This document shows positions 41,560-52,500 of a stretch of DNA of 64,000 bases, in pieces. The notes under the pieces were generated by a model. It was not told the origin of the DNA, ran no database searches, and saw only the letters and a program-made list of their open reading frames with translations. The position numbers and the translations under genes were made by a program. The DNA comes from Botryllus schlosseri (Eukaryota). Positions within the stretch are counted from its first letter, which is position 1; each line of letters begins with the position of its first letter. The stretch lies in contig CM119372.1 of assembly GCA_051294905.1 (NCBI GenBank), positions 35,342,001-35,406,000 of the forward strand, in the 5' to 3' direction.

Positions 41560-43420
41560 ATATTATGTATATGTATTGAAATTGGCTCATTTTTGAAATG
41601 TATTAGCTGTATGGAATACGGGTAAGAATCACGGTGTTTTGTAAGTGAACTGGTATATCCTTGGATAATGAATTTGATGCTGTTGCATTCGGTTATCACC
41701 GTGATAAAGATTTTTATGAATGTTTGCTGATAAAATTTCACTAAAATTGTTAACAATCCAGGAAGTATACTGCCTGTGCCAGAGTAAAATTGGTGGTAAC
41801 GTCATGTGCAACTTTCCATTCCATTTCCTAATTATTCTATGAAAGACACCCTTCTGTCATGCACAACTTATTGCAGAAAACAACAACTGTATCCAGTATG
41901 ATATCTGCGTGATTACTGAGTATATTTCATTTGAATTTCGAATTAAACAAATATTTTCTTTTCAATAGTCTTGGATTGATCCTCAAATTTGTCCAACTGA
42001 TGTCGACTCCTTGAAAAGAGCCCCCTGGGTCTACCGTGCCTGCGCTATCAGACAGTGTTGACAGTGACGTGAGGAGTCGTTCGTAACTGGTTTTGTGCCG
42101 GCACAGTTATCTTATGCGATACAGACCTTTGTCTCAAGAACGCATGGATACATGTGATTATGTAAGCCTATTTATTCATTTTATATAACACCATTGATTA
42201 TGTAATTTGCTGGTTTTTGCAGTCCTACTTTTCTCACGAACTATCTCGCAGAGTAGCCTACGGACTATTCGATATGAGCTGAAAAAGGCTTCATCTGTGT
42301 ACACTGTACAGAGATGTAGTTGAATGTAATGAGCTCGTGTAACGTGTACTTTAACTATTGCTTACTGAACTATAATGGGCTAGGTCAGTGGTTCTCAATC
42401 TGTGGGGCTGATCATCACCTCTCTTGCGCTTCTGTGACCTACCTGTGTGAAATATTTATATTTACTTCTGCATAAAATTTACAATTTTCCTTTGGTATTT
42501 ATCGTATTTTCTAGGAGCAGCATTTGGATTTGACCAGTAAAAAGATGGAGCCTCCATGGCACGCCACGAATCAGGGACTCATCAAGCCTGGGTTGCGGCT
42601 GATGGAAAGTATATGAAAAATGCCCTAATGTGCAGGTAGTATGTATTGCAATTGGCACCTTTTTGAAATGCATTTGGTGTTTAAAATACTGGTAAGCATC
42701 GCAGTGTTTCGTAATTAAACTGGTATATCCTTAGATAATGAATTTGATTCTGCTGCACTCGGTTACCTTGGTGATAAAGATTTTCCTGAATGTTTGCGGG
42801 TAAAATTCACTAAAATGAATAATAATCCAGGAAGTATGCTACCTGTGCCAGAGTAAAATTGGTGGTAGCGTCGCGTGCAACTTTCCATTCCATTATTTAA
42901 TTATTCTATGAAAGACACACTTCTGTCACGCACAATTGTATCTAGTCTGATATCTGCGTGAATACGGAATAGTTAGTTCACTTTTATTGCAAATTTTTGA
43001 AACAAATATTTTCTATTCAATAGTCTTGGATTGGTCCTCAAATTCGTCCAACTGATGTCAACTTCTTGAAAAGAGCCATCTTGTTCTACTGTGCCTGCGC
43101 TATCAGACAATGTTGACAGTGATGTGAGGACTCACTCGTAACAGATTTTTTTTCCCGGTGCAGTCATCTTATGCGATACATACGTTTGTCTCAAGAACCC
43201 ATGGAAACGTATGATTATGTAAGCCTATTTATTAATTTTATATATCACCATTTGTGCTGGTTTTTTGCAGTCCTACTTTTCTCACAAACTATCTGGTAGA
43301 GCCGATATGAGCTGAAAAAGGCTTCATCTGTATGCATTGAACAGAGGTGTAGTTGAACGTAATGAGCTCGTGTAACTTGTATTTGAGCTATTGCTTACTG
43401 AACTATAACGCACTAGGTGA
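41560..43420 (+). repeat. Diverged tandem duplication (~800 bp: ~41560-42385 and ~42640-43420)
   Basis: Colinear blocks recur ~1.08 kb apart, e.g. GTGATAAAGATTTT, CCTGTGCCAGAGTAAAATTGGTGGTA, GTGCCTGCGCTATCAGACA. Confidence 0.88.
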
Positions 43421-45586
43421 ACATCAAATTAGGAGAATTTCCAATTTCCAATTTGCATTAATTAAATTTAATCAGGAATGAAGGATTTTAAATGATTGTC
43501 AACAGTTACAATTCCCGCAATGAAGGAAAAGTTCTCAACACCTTCGATAAGATGTAACAAAGTTTTTTCACTAAAGACGATCGAAGTGTCCTTTGTCTGA
43601 TATATTTCTCGTCTAAATTCAAAGCAGCTATATAATCTTAGATTAAAAGTTATATGTAAATCCTATGTCAATTATCATACTGGAAATCTGAACCCATAGA
43701 AACAGCGATTCTAACCCCATCAATACAATTTATTTTGCTATATTTATTGTCTGATCTTGTTTGCAATCAATTTTATTTTCAGCAAAATGAGGTTGATGAA
43801 GTCAACTGCCTTCTTCTTCAAGCCAAATGGAGTGACAAACGAATATATGTTCAAGTTCCGAGGGCATGTCGTATCATTGAATCGGGTAATCTTTTTGTTT
43901 TATGGGCCATACAAGTTTAGAAAGACCTGCTACGTTTTGCTATGAATTTCATTCAAAGTTACATTTCTGCATTTTCACTGTTGCCTGGCAATGCCTGCCA
44001 TGTTAATGTAAATGTCAAAATGGCCGAATAGAAAAAAATACAGACCTGATTAAAGATATTTTTATTAGTCGTTTTGCTAATTTTAGTCTTACTCTAACTC
44101 AGTGATAGGATTTCACATGTAGCCGAGCGCCTTTCCCGTGCTTCTGTAACCTACCTATCTGAAATATTTTTATTTATTTCTGCATAAAAATTAGAATTTT
44201 CCTTGGCATATTCAAAACTTTGGTATTTCATCATATTTTCAAGGAGCACCACTCGGAGTCGACCAATAAAAAGACGGAGCCGCCATGGCACGCCTCGAAG
44301 TAAAGATTCATCAAGCCTTGGTTGCAGCTGATCGCAAGAATATAAAAATGCTTCGGCGAAGATGGAGCATTCAGAAAGATTGTTGACATTTTGAGCTGCT
44401 ATGCATTGGAGTTATCATATCCTAAAGGAGGAGTTCTCGAACTGGGGGCGTGAAAGCGTTTGAAGGGGCGCGCGATACTGCAGTCAACTGAATTTTTTTG
44501 ACGCGGTGCGATTTACCTCTATCTCATAGCTATTTCTCTTTGTATAGACATAATTTCATAATGGACTATTATCTCATTAGCAGCCATTAACTTCCATGCC
44601 CTCAAACTATCCACCCGTTGGGATTTCTAGCATTCTGGTTGTTTTTTATTTTAAGATATGACGATAAGGGGTGTGTGATATTTTTTGCTATCATAAAGGA
44701 GGGGTTGGGAACCACTGTCGTAATGACTTCCAGATTTCATTTTTTCTGCAGCACACTGTGGTAAAAGACAACAAAAATCTTTTCTATAAATCTGCAAAAT
44801 TTGTATTGAATCGAAGATACCATTCTTGTTGTTTAAACTAAAAGTGATTGGCATTACCCTGATATAAATACTTGTAATGCAAGCACTAGGATATTTTTGT
44901 TGCCTGGTTAGCGGGCCCAATTTCATTAGGAATTAGGAAATACTTGTGGTTTGTTTTCTTGGTAGTGGTAGTGGTACTGATACATTTGTTTTGTTTGTTA
45001 ATAATAAAATTTGCAGTTTACAAACCATAATGTGATACGTTTTCCATAAGTTGTAATGATTTGCGTTGATCGTGTTTTCTGCTAATGGACATAACCAATG
45101 AATTTGACTCCATGCCCCTGTCACGAAAAGTTAAGACACTACATGATATCTTGTTATCACTATCCCAGTGCATCGTTTTCATTCCCATGATTGAGTGAGT
45201 TGCATGATATTTGTAGTGAGTTTGCTCTGAATCATTTGTAATGTTGGTGATTTCATGAACTATTCCGGAAACGGTTTCAATTGCTGAATTGATTTTATAA
45301 AACCCTGTCACAACAGCTATTAGAAATTTGAATGTTTGCACGTATTTATTCAATATTCACCCAGGTTGGGTGTTGTAAGTGTCATTTATTAATGAAGCAA
45401 TAAAATCCGATTTCATTTTGAGCCCTGCGTTCCGGTGACAGTTCAACCAGCCACTTTGAGACTGAACACTTGTTTAGGTAAACACTTTAAATCTAAACAC
45501 TTCGCAACACTTCTAAGTGTTCAATTTTGGATCACAAATCGTGTTCAATTTTCCGGGTTGAGCAACACTTCTAAATTTAGAGTGTA
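43043..45586 (+). repeat. Second arm of the inverted duplication (inside the 9.7-kb hAT)
   Basis: Reverse complement of 30639-34845, lacking the 32793-34465 insertion. Confidence 0.95.
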
Positions 45587-46548
45587 TATTTCTCACAGAT
45601 ATAAAGGTAATATTGATGTAACACTTATTATCGATATCTCTCACTGCAAATTGCAAGTACGATGAAAGTTGCGAAAAGTTATCACGAAAGTGGTATCGGA
45701 TATTATCTTGTTTCAACTGATACCAACGTTGGGAATACATTTTCACAAAATGGACCTATTACTATGTTGAATGTCATCAGGATAATGGGATATATTCCGT
45801 TATGATCATGAACTTGCTGGAAGAATCAGAGTAGCTAAAGGTTTTACCTTAGGGAAGCCCCGCTGTATGTTGCTGATTGTAAATGTTTCGCACAATTACT
45901 GGGGTGGCATGAAAATCAGTCACCAAACAAATACGTAAGGAGGAATGTGACTATAGAAGACTGCAATGACAGCAACGTGGAAGATTCTGGAGATCCTATC
46001 TCATAATATGGTGACATTCAGCTGTGGATTCAAGGCAGGGAGCAAATGATGCACTGCGAATGATATTGGGCGCCTTTAATTTTGTGAACTACAGACACTG
46101 CTCAACGAAAATGCCTTGGTAGATCACTAGGTTACTCTCCAGTCCCCAATTGCAGTGCAGATGGCACTTAACAATCATTTTTGCATGTTACCCGTCATAT
46201 TACAACTTTACAAGGTGTCAGCTGTCTGTATTTTGGTTTGAGATCAATAGTGTCTTCTGGTCAGAGCTATCGAAAGATATCGGGGGCAAAACTTACAACA
46301 CTCCGGAAAACTCCGGAAAAATATCTGTAGTAAACTCCGAGCCCACCCCGAGTATCACAAAATTGGCAAAACTCCGCTCCGGAAACACTCCGACTCCGCT
46401 CCGCTGCTCATCACTGATGAGTAATACAAGTTTAGTTCTTATCATAGTGATAACCGATGTTGGTTGTGACGAGATCTTATATAACTATAACTATTGCGCC
46501 TTTTTGAAGGGTTCACATGGTAACTTCTACGGATGGATCTCGCGTCTT

Positions 46549-49500
46549 CTAAATTTCAAAGCACTTGTCTTCAATTCTCTCACGGCTATGACGAATGGTT
46601 ATGGCATCACCCGATGTTATCTCACCGAGACTCGACGATCTACGTCGGTTCCATTGTCGGCACAAGTCTCTCATTAGGATCAGATTTTCCTCGATAGCTG
46701 ATGCGAGTTTGTCAGATGACGTGCTTGAGCAACTGCGAAACGATGCGACGCAAAACGTGATGTCATGAGAGTGTGGATTGTAGGACACCCCGTATCCGTC
46801 CTCCACGACTGCACCGTAGCACATGAAGGAGTCCGACACTGTTGGTACCTATAAGTAAATAAAATAACTGCTAATTTAAAATTAATCTGTATTATGGAAC
46901 GTATTGGAAATTCTTATTCACGTAATTTTAATATTAAATTCATTAGGGGAGCAAAGTATTCTATTCGTTTCATGAATCATGGGAAAGAGACCTGAAAGCA
47001 AAAGAATAATTGCAATTCGCGACTTGAGTCCAGACATGGGGTGATTACTTCATGAATATAATCGATTGCGATTACGATTACTTCGGAATCACGCGATTAC
47101 GACTACGATTACGAATACAGCAAAATCAGGAAGTAGTCGATTACGATAACGATTACATTGGAAAAGTAATCACGATTACTCACGATTACATTTGTTTTGC
47201 TTCTTAGGACTATAATCTTAAATGATATATTGGTAGACAATACAAGGATTGCGATGAAAAGGCTTAATGAGATATCCACTGTCTTCATACATCATGCGTC
47301 ATTTGCTTATTACGTAATAATATACCAATTGCCCAACTTTATAGTGGATGATTTCTTGCACCCAACGATTTGCATTATTGCCAGGTCTTTACCTGCCGCA
47401 CCCCAAATTCCTTAATAGGGTGGGGAGCGTGCTCGAAGGGGACTCAAAAGTTTTTCGTAAACCAACATAAACTATAGAGTATTTTCGAGAATTTACTTAA
47501 TTCTTGAAAATGTTCTTCGAGCTTCGCGATTCAAATGTCTCTAGTACAGGGGTCAGTAACGCGGACCAAATGAGTCGCCCGCGGTCGCTGTAGCAAATAT
47601 CCAAATAAGAGATTTGAAAGTTGAAGCTGGCTTCATATGAGCAGCAGTTGAACATGGGTCGGCCGACCCCAAGGAACATACGATCGCAGTCGCTCGGGGC
47701 TTTGCTTGTCTTCGCCCACGCGGCGGCTCAACGGGAATCTATAGTTAATATTCCCGAGTCTCGACGCGGAGATCGGCACTTCGGCGCGCACTGCAGCAAC
47801 GCAACCGAGCCCGGAGGAGCTGGTGTGAGTCCCGGCGAGTGAGCGTTTTTGTTCTTGGTAAGGGGCGGAAACCCGGCCCAGTGCTCTGATTGTCTTACTC
47901 TAAGTGAAGAAATCCAACTGAACCCAGATAAACGGCGGGAGTAAGTAGTAACCCATCGGTCGTCGCAATAATCAGTAGGCCTACACACTACACAAGAAGT
48001 AGCTTCTCGTTTCAAAACGGTTGGTGACCCCTGCTCCAGTAGATAGCTGGGTTTGAAATGCATACCTCTTCCCCTCAAGAAAAACATGCATAGGCTATTT
48101 TGTGGGAACAGGCATTTCGGATCAGGTTATTGCCGCGCCACGATCCCACAACACACCAAAAAACATATGCAGTTTCGGCCAACACGCAACTCCACGGGAT
48201 GTGATACCAAAGAAATACCTTGGCCGAAACTTAGGGTATTCGTCCATTGTCAATAGCCGCGCTGGGTGGACGTGACTAATAATAACTCATGTCCTTCCAA
48301 TCTGGGCCCACAATCCAAATGCCACCCGACGCATCCACAAAGGAATAAAGTGATGACAATTTGTATGTGCGTCTCACGATAGATATTCTTTTAGTCTGCT
48401 ACGTTTGGGCGAGTACAATATCTTTTGAATATACAACAGACTGGAGGTCGCGAATTAACAACATACAATAAAGTAATTATAACAACATACCAGCTGCTAT
48501 GATTATGAATTACGTGCCCCAGCTCTACAGGGAAATCTGACACTCGGGGCTGAAAGAGGTTATAAATGAATAGTAATATAATGCTATCACCAATATTATT
48601 GACGAAATTCAGTTTTGAAAATTGACCAACGGTTGGACACGGGGACGAATTGCTGTTGTGGCTGAATTGACTGGATTGCTGATTCTAGCTAAAACCCACG
48701 CTAACATGTCAGGCTATATAAGCGGATGGTTATGGCTGCAGGTCCAAATGCTGAGTAATGAACTGTGAAATAACGATTTGCGCCCGTTTCAAGTAGTGTT
48801 ATGAGAATAAGATATAGTGAACATAAAAATTCTGCCTTCAACTTAATACATATACAGCGAGCTGCTATTACGAGAAACGGCTAAGCACGGCTCGCTTATG
48901 ATATATATCAGCAGCTGTTTATTTGTAATGCTTAGTTGTGGAAACTGCAATGTTTTATTCGACGAGAACAAAATTCCGAATCTTCGTCAGGTGCACGTGC
49001 GTACGTAGGCTAGGGCTCTTCAAAAATGACTTTTTTTCTCAAATCGTACTGGCTACTTGATAAAATTGTTAGGTTACCTAATTTAGGCCTACACAAAAAA
49101 TTTGGTTCAATTCCAGCCAGCAACCGCTTTGCTACAGGAGAAGAAAGTTTCTATTTATTATATAAAAATAAATGATAAAAAATTTAAAAATTTTCTGGTC
49201 ACCCCATGAAAGTGTTAGGCTATCTATAGAAACGATGCTCACCAAATTTGGTTCAATTCCAACCAGTGCAAGCGGAGTTATTGCCGTCAAAAAATTTGGA
49301 TTTGAATAAAATAGTATTTACGGTGACCACAACTATAATAAATAAACAAAGAATCGGTCACCGTAAATACTATTTTATTCAAATCCAAATTTTTCGACGG
49401 CAATAACTCCGCTTCCACAGGTTGGAATTGAACCAAACTTGGTGAGCATCGTTTCTATAGATAGCCTAACACTTTCATGGGGTGACCAGAAAATTTTTAA

Positions 49501-52500
49501 ATTTTTTATTATTTATTTTTATATAATAAATAGAAACTTTCTTCTCCTGTAGCAAAGCGGTTACTGGCTGGAATTGAACCAAATTTTGTGTGTAGGCTTA
49601 AATTAGGTAACCTAACAATTTTATCAAGTAGCCAGTACGATTTGAGAAAAAAAGTCATTTTTGAAGAGCCCTAACGTAGGCCTCCTGCTCGCCAAGCAGC
49701 AACGGTAAACTGCGTTTAACTAAGCACAACCAAACATCAATACATAAGTTACTATTTGAAACTATAGGCAGAGTGGTGATCAATATCCTGCTGCGAGGTA
49801 GGGGCTTCTCTAGTGTATTGATAACCTGATATACACCACGGGGGTTGTTCTTACAATCACACTACAATGTCCATCGCATGTCTGTTTACTATGTGTGGAT
49901 ACTTCTTACGCAATGACGAGCGGAGCTAATATTTCTGACGTAATAATGAGTCAGTGGCGTTTGAGAACAGACGTTTGTGCTACCGCTAAACTGGTATATT
50001 ATCTCATTCTTGTTCCCGAATGTTCAGTTTATGTCGTAGTCCTTGTACAAACAAAAAGTAATCGTTCTTTCACAAAACAAATCGATTAAATATTGGAAGT
50101 AGTCGATTACGATTACGATTACTTCGGATTTTTTTCGAATGTAATCGATTGCGATTACGATTACTTCAAAATGCTGTAATCGTCGCAATCGATTACGATT
50201 ACTAATCGCGATTACCCCATGTCTGCTTGAGTCACCACGAAAATTTTCGCGAAAAGAGTATATTTTCACACACAAAAGCTGCTACACTTAAAAAACAGAA
50301 TCTACCACATAATCCAGAAACTCAGTTCTCTAGGTGTCGATCGTATATTTCGTCGGACAACACAGTTTTTCCTTATGTGCTTCAATAATTAATAATGTGC
50401 ACAACGGTTTGAGCCAATCATCAAAAGCAATCGGAGTTTTCTTTCTCTGTATGTATCTCATCGCTAAATTTGCTCTTTTGGTTACTTTACGGTAGCGACG
50501 GGTAGGTCTTAAATTAAAGTTTTAAGTGTGTGAAACTCTTGGAAGCAAAAATTGCCCTAACAAGGTCAACTTTGTCAAACAGCAGCTAAATGATTCTGAC
50601 GAGGGATTCTATTGCACTCCATCAATGTATGTGTCATCGAAGTCACGAGTCATCGCATACTGACGCTCTTTGAAACTTAGGCACGTATTCCTTCGCTGTC
50701 TAGAAGCTTTCAAGTGGTCACCCACGGAACAAATTTGAGTCATTTGTAAGCCGACCCCATGAAGGAATTTCAGGTATAGGTCGACTGACATCATTTGGAA
50801 ATTTCGCAAAGGGTTAAGAATTGACGACATGTGACCTCAGCACCACAGGAATTGATTACAGTGCAACATCGACACTCGCGAAAATCGTTCAGCGGCAGTT
50901 CGGATACAGTAGCTTTCTTAGTAAAATGATCGACCCATCGATTCTATTGATCTGTATTCAACTCCTGCATGTTGGTATGCCAATAGTACTGAGCGATGCT
51001 GCATATATTTGGATAATGCAAATTCATTGCAATAACCAGTACAGAAGTGGCACTCAAAACCCGTGCTGTGATAAGCGCCACTGTCACGATTTTTTTATAA
51101 TAATAATAATAACTCTTGTCCTCATTCGCACAGTTTTAACTTCAGCCTGTTGACGTAAAGGATCAATCTGTTATGGCGATCCAGTGATATGCTACAATAC
51201 GTCGGTATATCGTGACTATATTTAGTTAACCCTATCTTTCATTCCGGGTTTATGATACGTGAATGGATATAAACCAATAGATGAATTATTCATTGAAGAG
51301 TAAGACAGAAAACAGCGTCATCGTACTATGAACGTACTCTGACTAACAGGTAGGTCTACTTCGTTTCTCACCTGACTCGTGGACATTGTGAAGTAATTGA
51401 AAATGTCGAAAGAAGGATCCGCAAAGATCTCGGGTTCTGGCATTCCTAGCTCTTTAGCAATCTGCAATTATTGTAAATCAGTATAAATTATAGGTTTTAA
51501 TAGGTTTAATGAAGGAAGGAAGGCGAAATAAAATTACTGAATTATTGATCAGGTAATTCGAGTTACCGGAGGGCTGTGAAGCTTTCAATATAAATACGTT
51601 GTGGCTCATTGTTGGAAAATATATAGTTAAATTATACAGAAAATTACAACTCTAATCGAGACTGAATCCAGACTAAAACATGATCGGATGAAACCATTAA
51701 AACAATGAGTATTCATGACTATAAGCTAGGCAAAACGGTCTCGGGATCATCCTGTTCGGCTGTGTGTGATTTCACAGGGTATTTCGAGTTGACACTATCG
51801 CTTTGTAATCCAAGAGCGATGTGCTATTAAACTTGAGTTATGTGGTTACTACAAAATACGTTATTTGTTACCACTTGACGTAAACGTTTGTTTGTTTTGT
51901 AACGCGTTTCTTGACGATGTAGCCCGAGTCGTCAATAAAACCATAGTTACAATCATGAGTACGTCACAATGTGATGACACAATAGAGATTATTCTTACTG
52001 TATATATACGGCCAATTGATTGTCCTAAGACCCGAAAATTCTAAAGGCATGGGCGACAGTTCAGGAACGCTCAGTGATGTGTATAAAACATGTTTTCAAT
52101 AAGGCTAAATCTACACGAGAATTGTTGCAAATGTGAATTTGGATGATTTCATCTGGGTTGCTGATGTCTAAATGCCTGCGTAGTACGTTATTTTAATAGA
52201 AAAACAAAACATATGTTCATCTTCCAGACCTGTCTCAATCCTAAGAGGTGACAATCAATACCACGTCCTGAAATAGCCGCGATGGTGTTGTCCGTTTGAA
52301 CTTTTGTGGCTCTCCGCAACAGCATCATATTACGGGCGTCCTGAAAGATGGATCAGTCAATGCATCAGTATTGAATAAAAACTACAAAAGCCATAAACCA
52401 CCAATTTTGCTTTTCTAGATCCTCCCTTTTTCGTTCTTAGACTTCTTGCGAGTTCTAAAGCTTGGATTGTGGCCCCTCGAATATTGTCCACTCGGCCGTG

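Larger units (their letters stand above)
36738..46416 (-). mobile_element. 9.7-kb cargo-carrying hAT (Ac-like) element
   Basis: Perfect 11-bp TIRs CAGTGATGAGC / GCTCATCACTG, ACTCCG subterminal repeats at both ends, perfect 8-bp TSD ATGAGTAA (36730-36737, 46417-46424), internal BED-hAT transposase relic. Confidence 0.85.
47031..50225. mobile_element. hAT MITE with CGATTA repeats, hosting nested elements (ChAT last intron)
   Basis: CAGACATGGGGT ... ACCCCATGTCTG TIRs; perfect TSD CTTGAGTC (47023-47030, 50226-50233). Confidence 0.92.
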
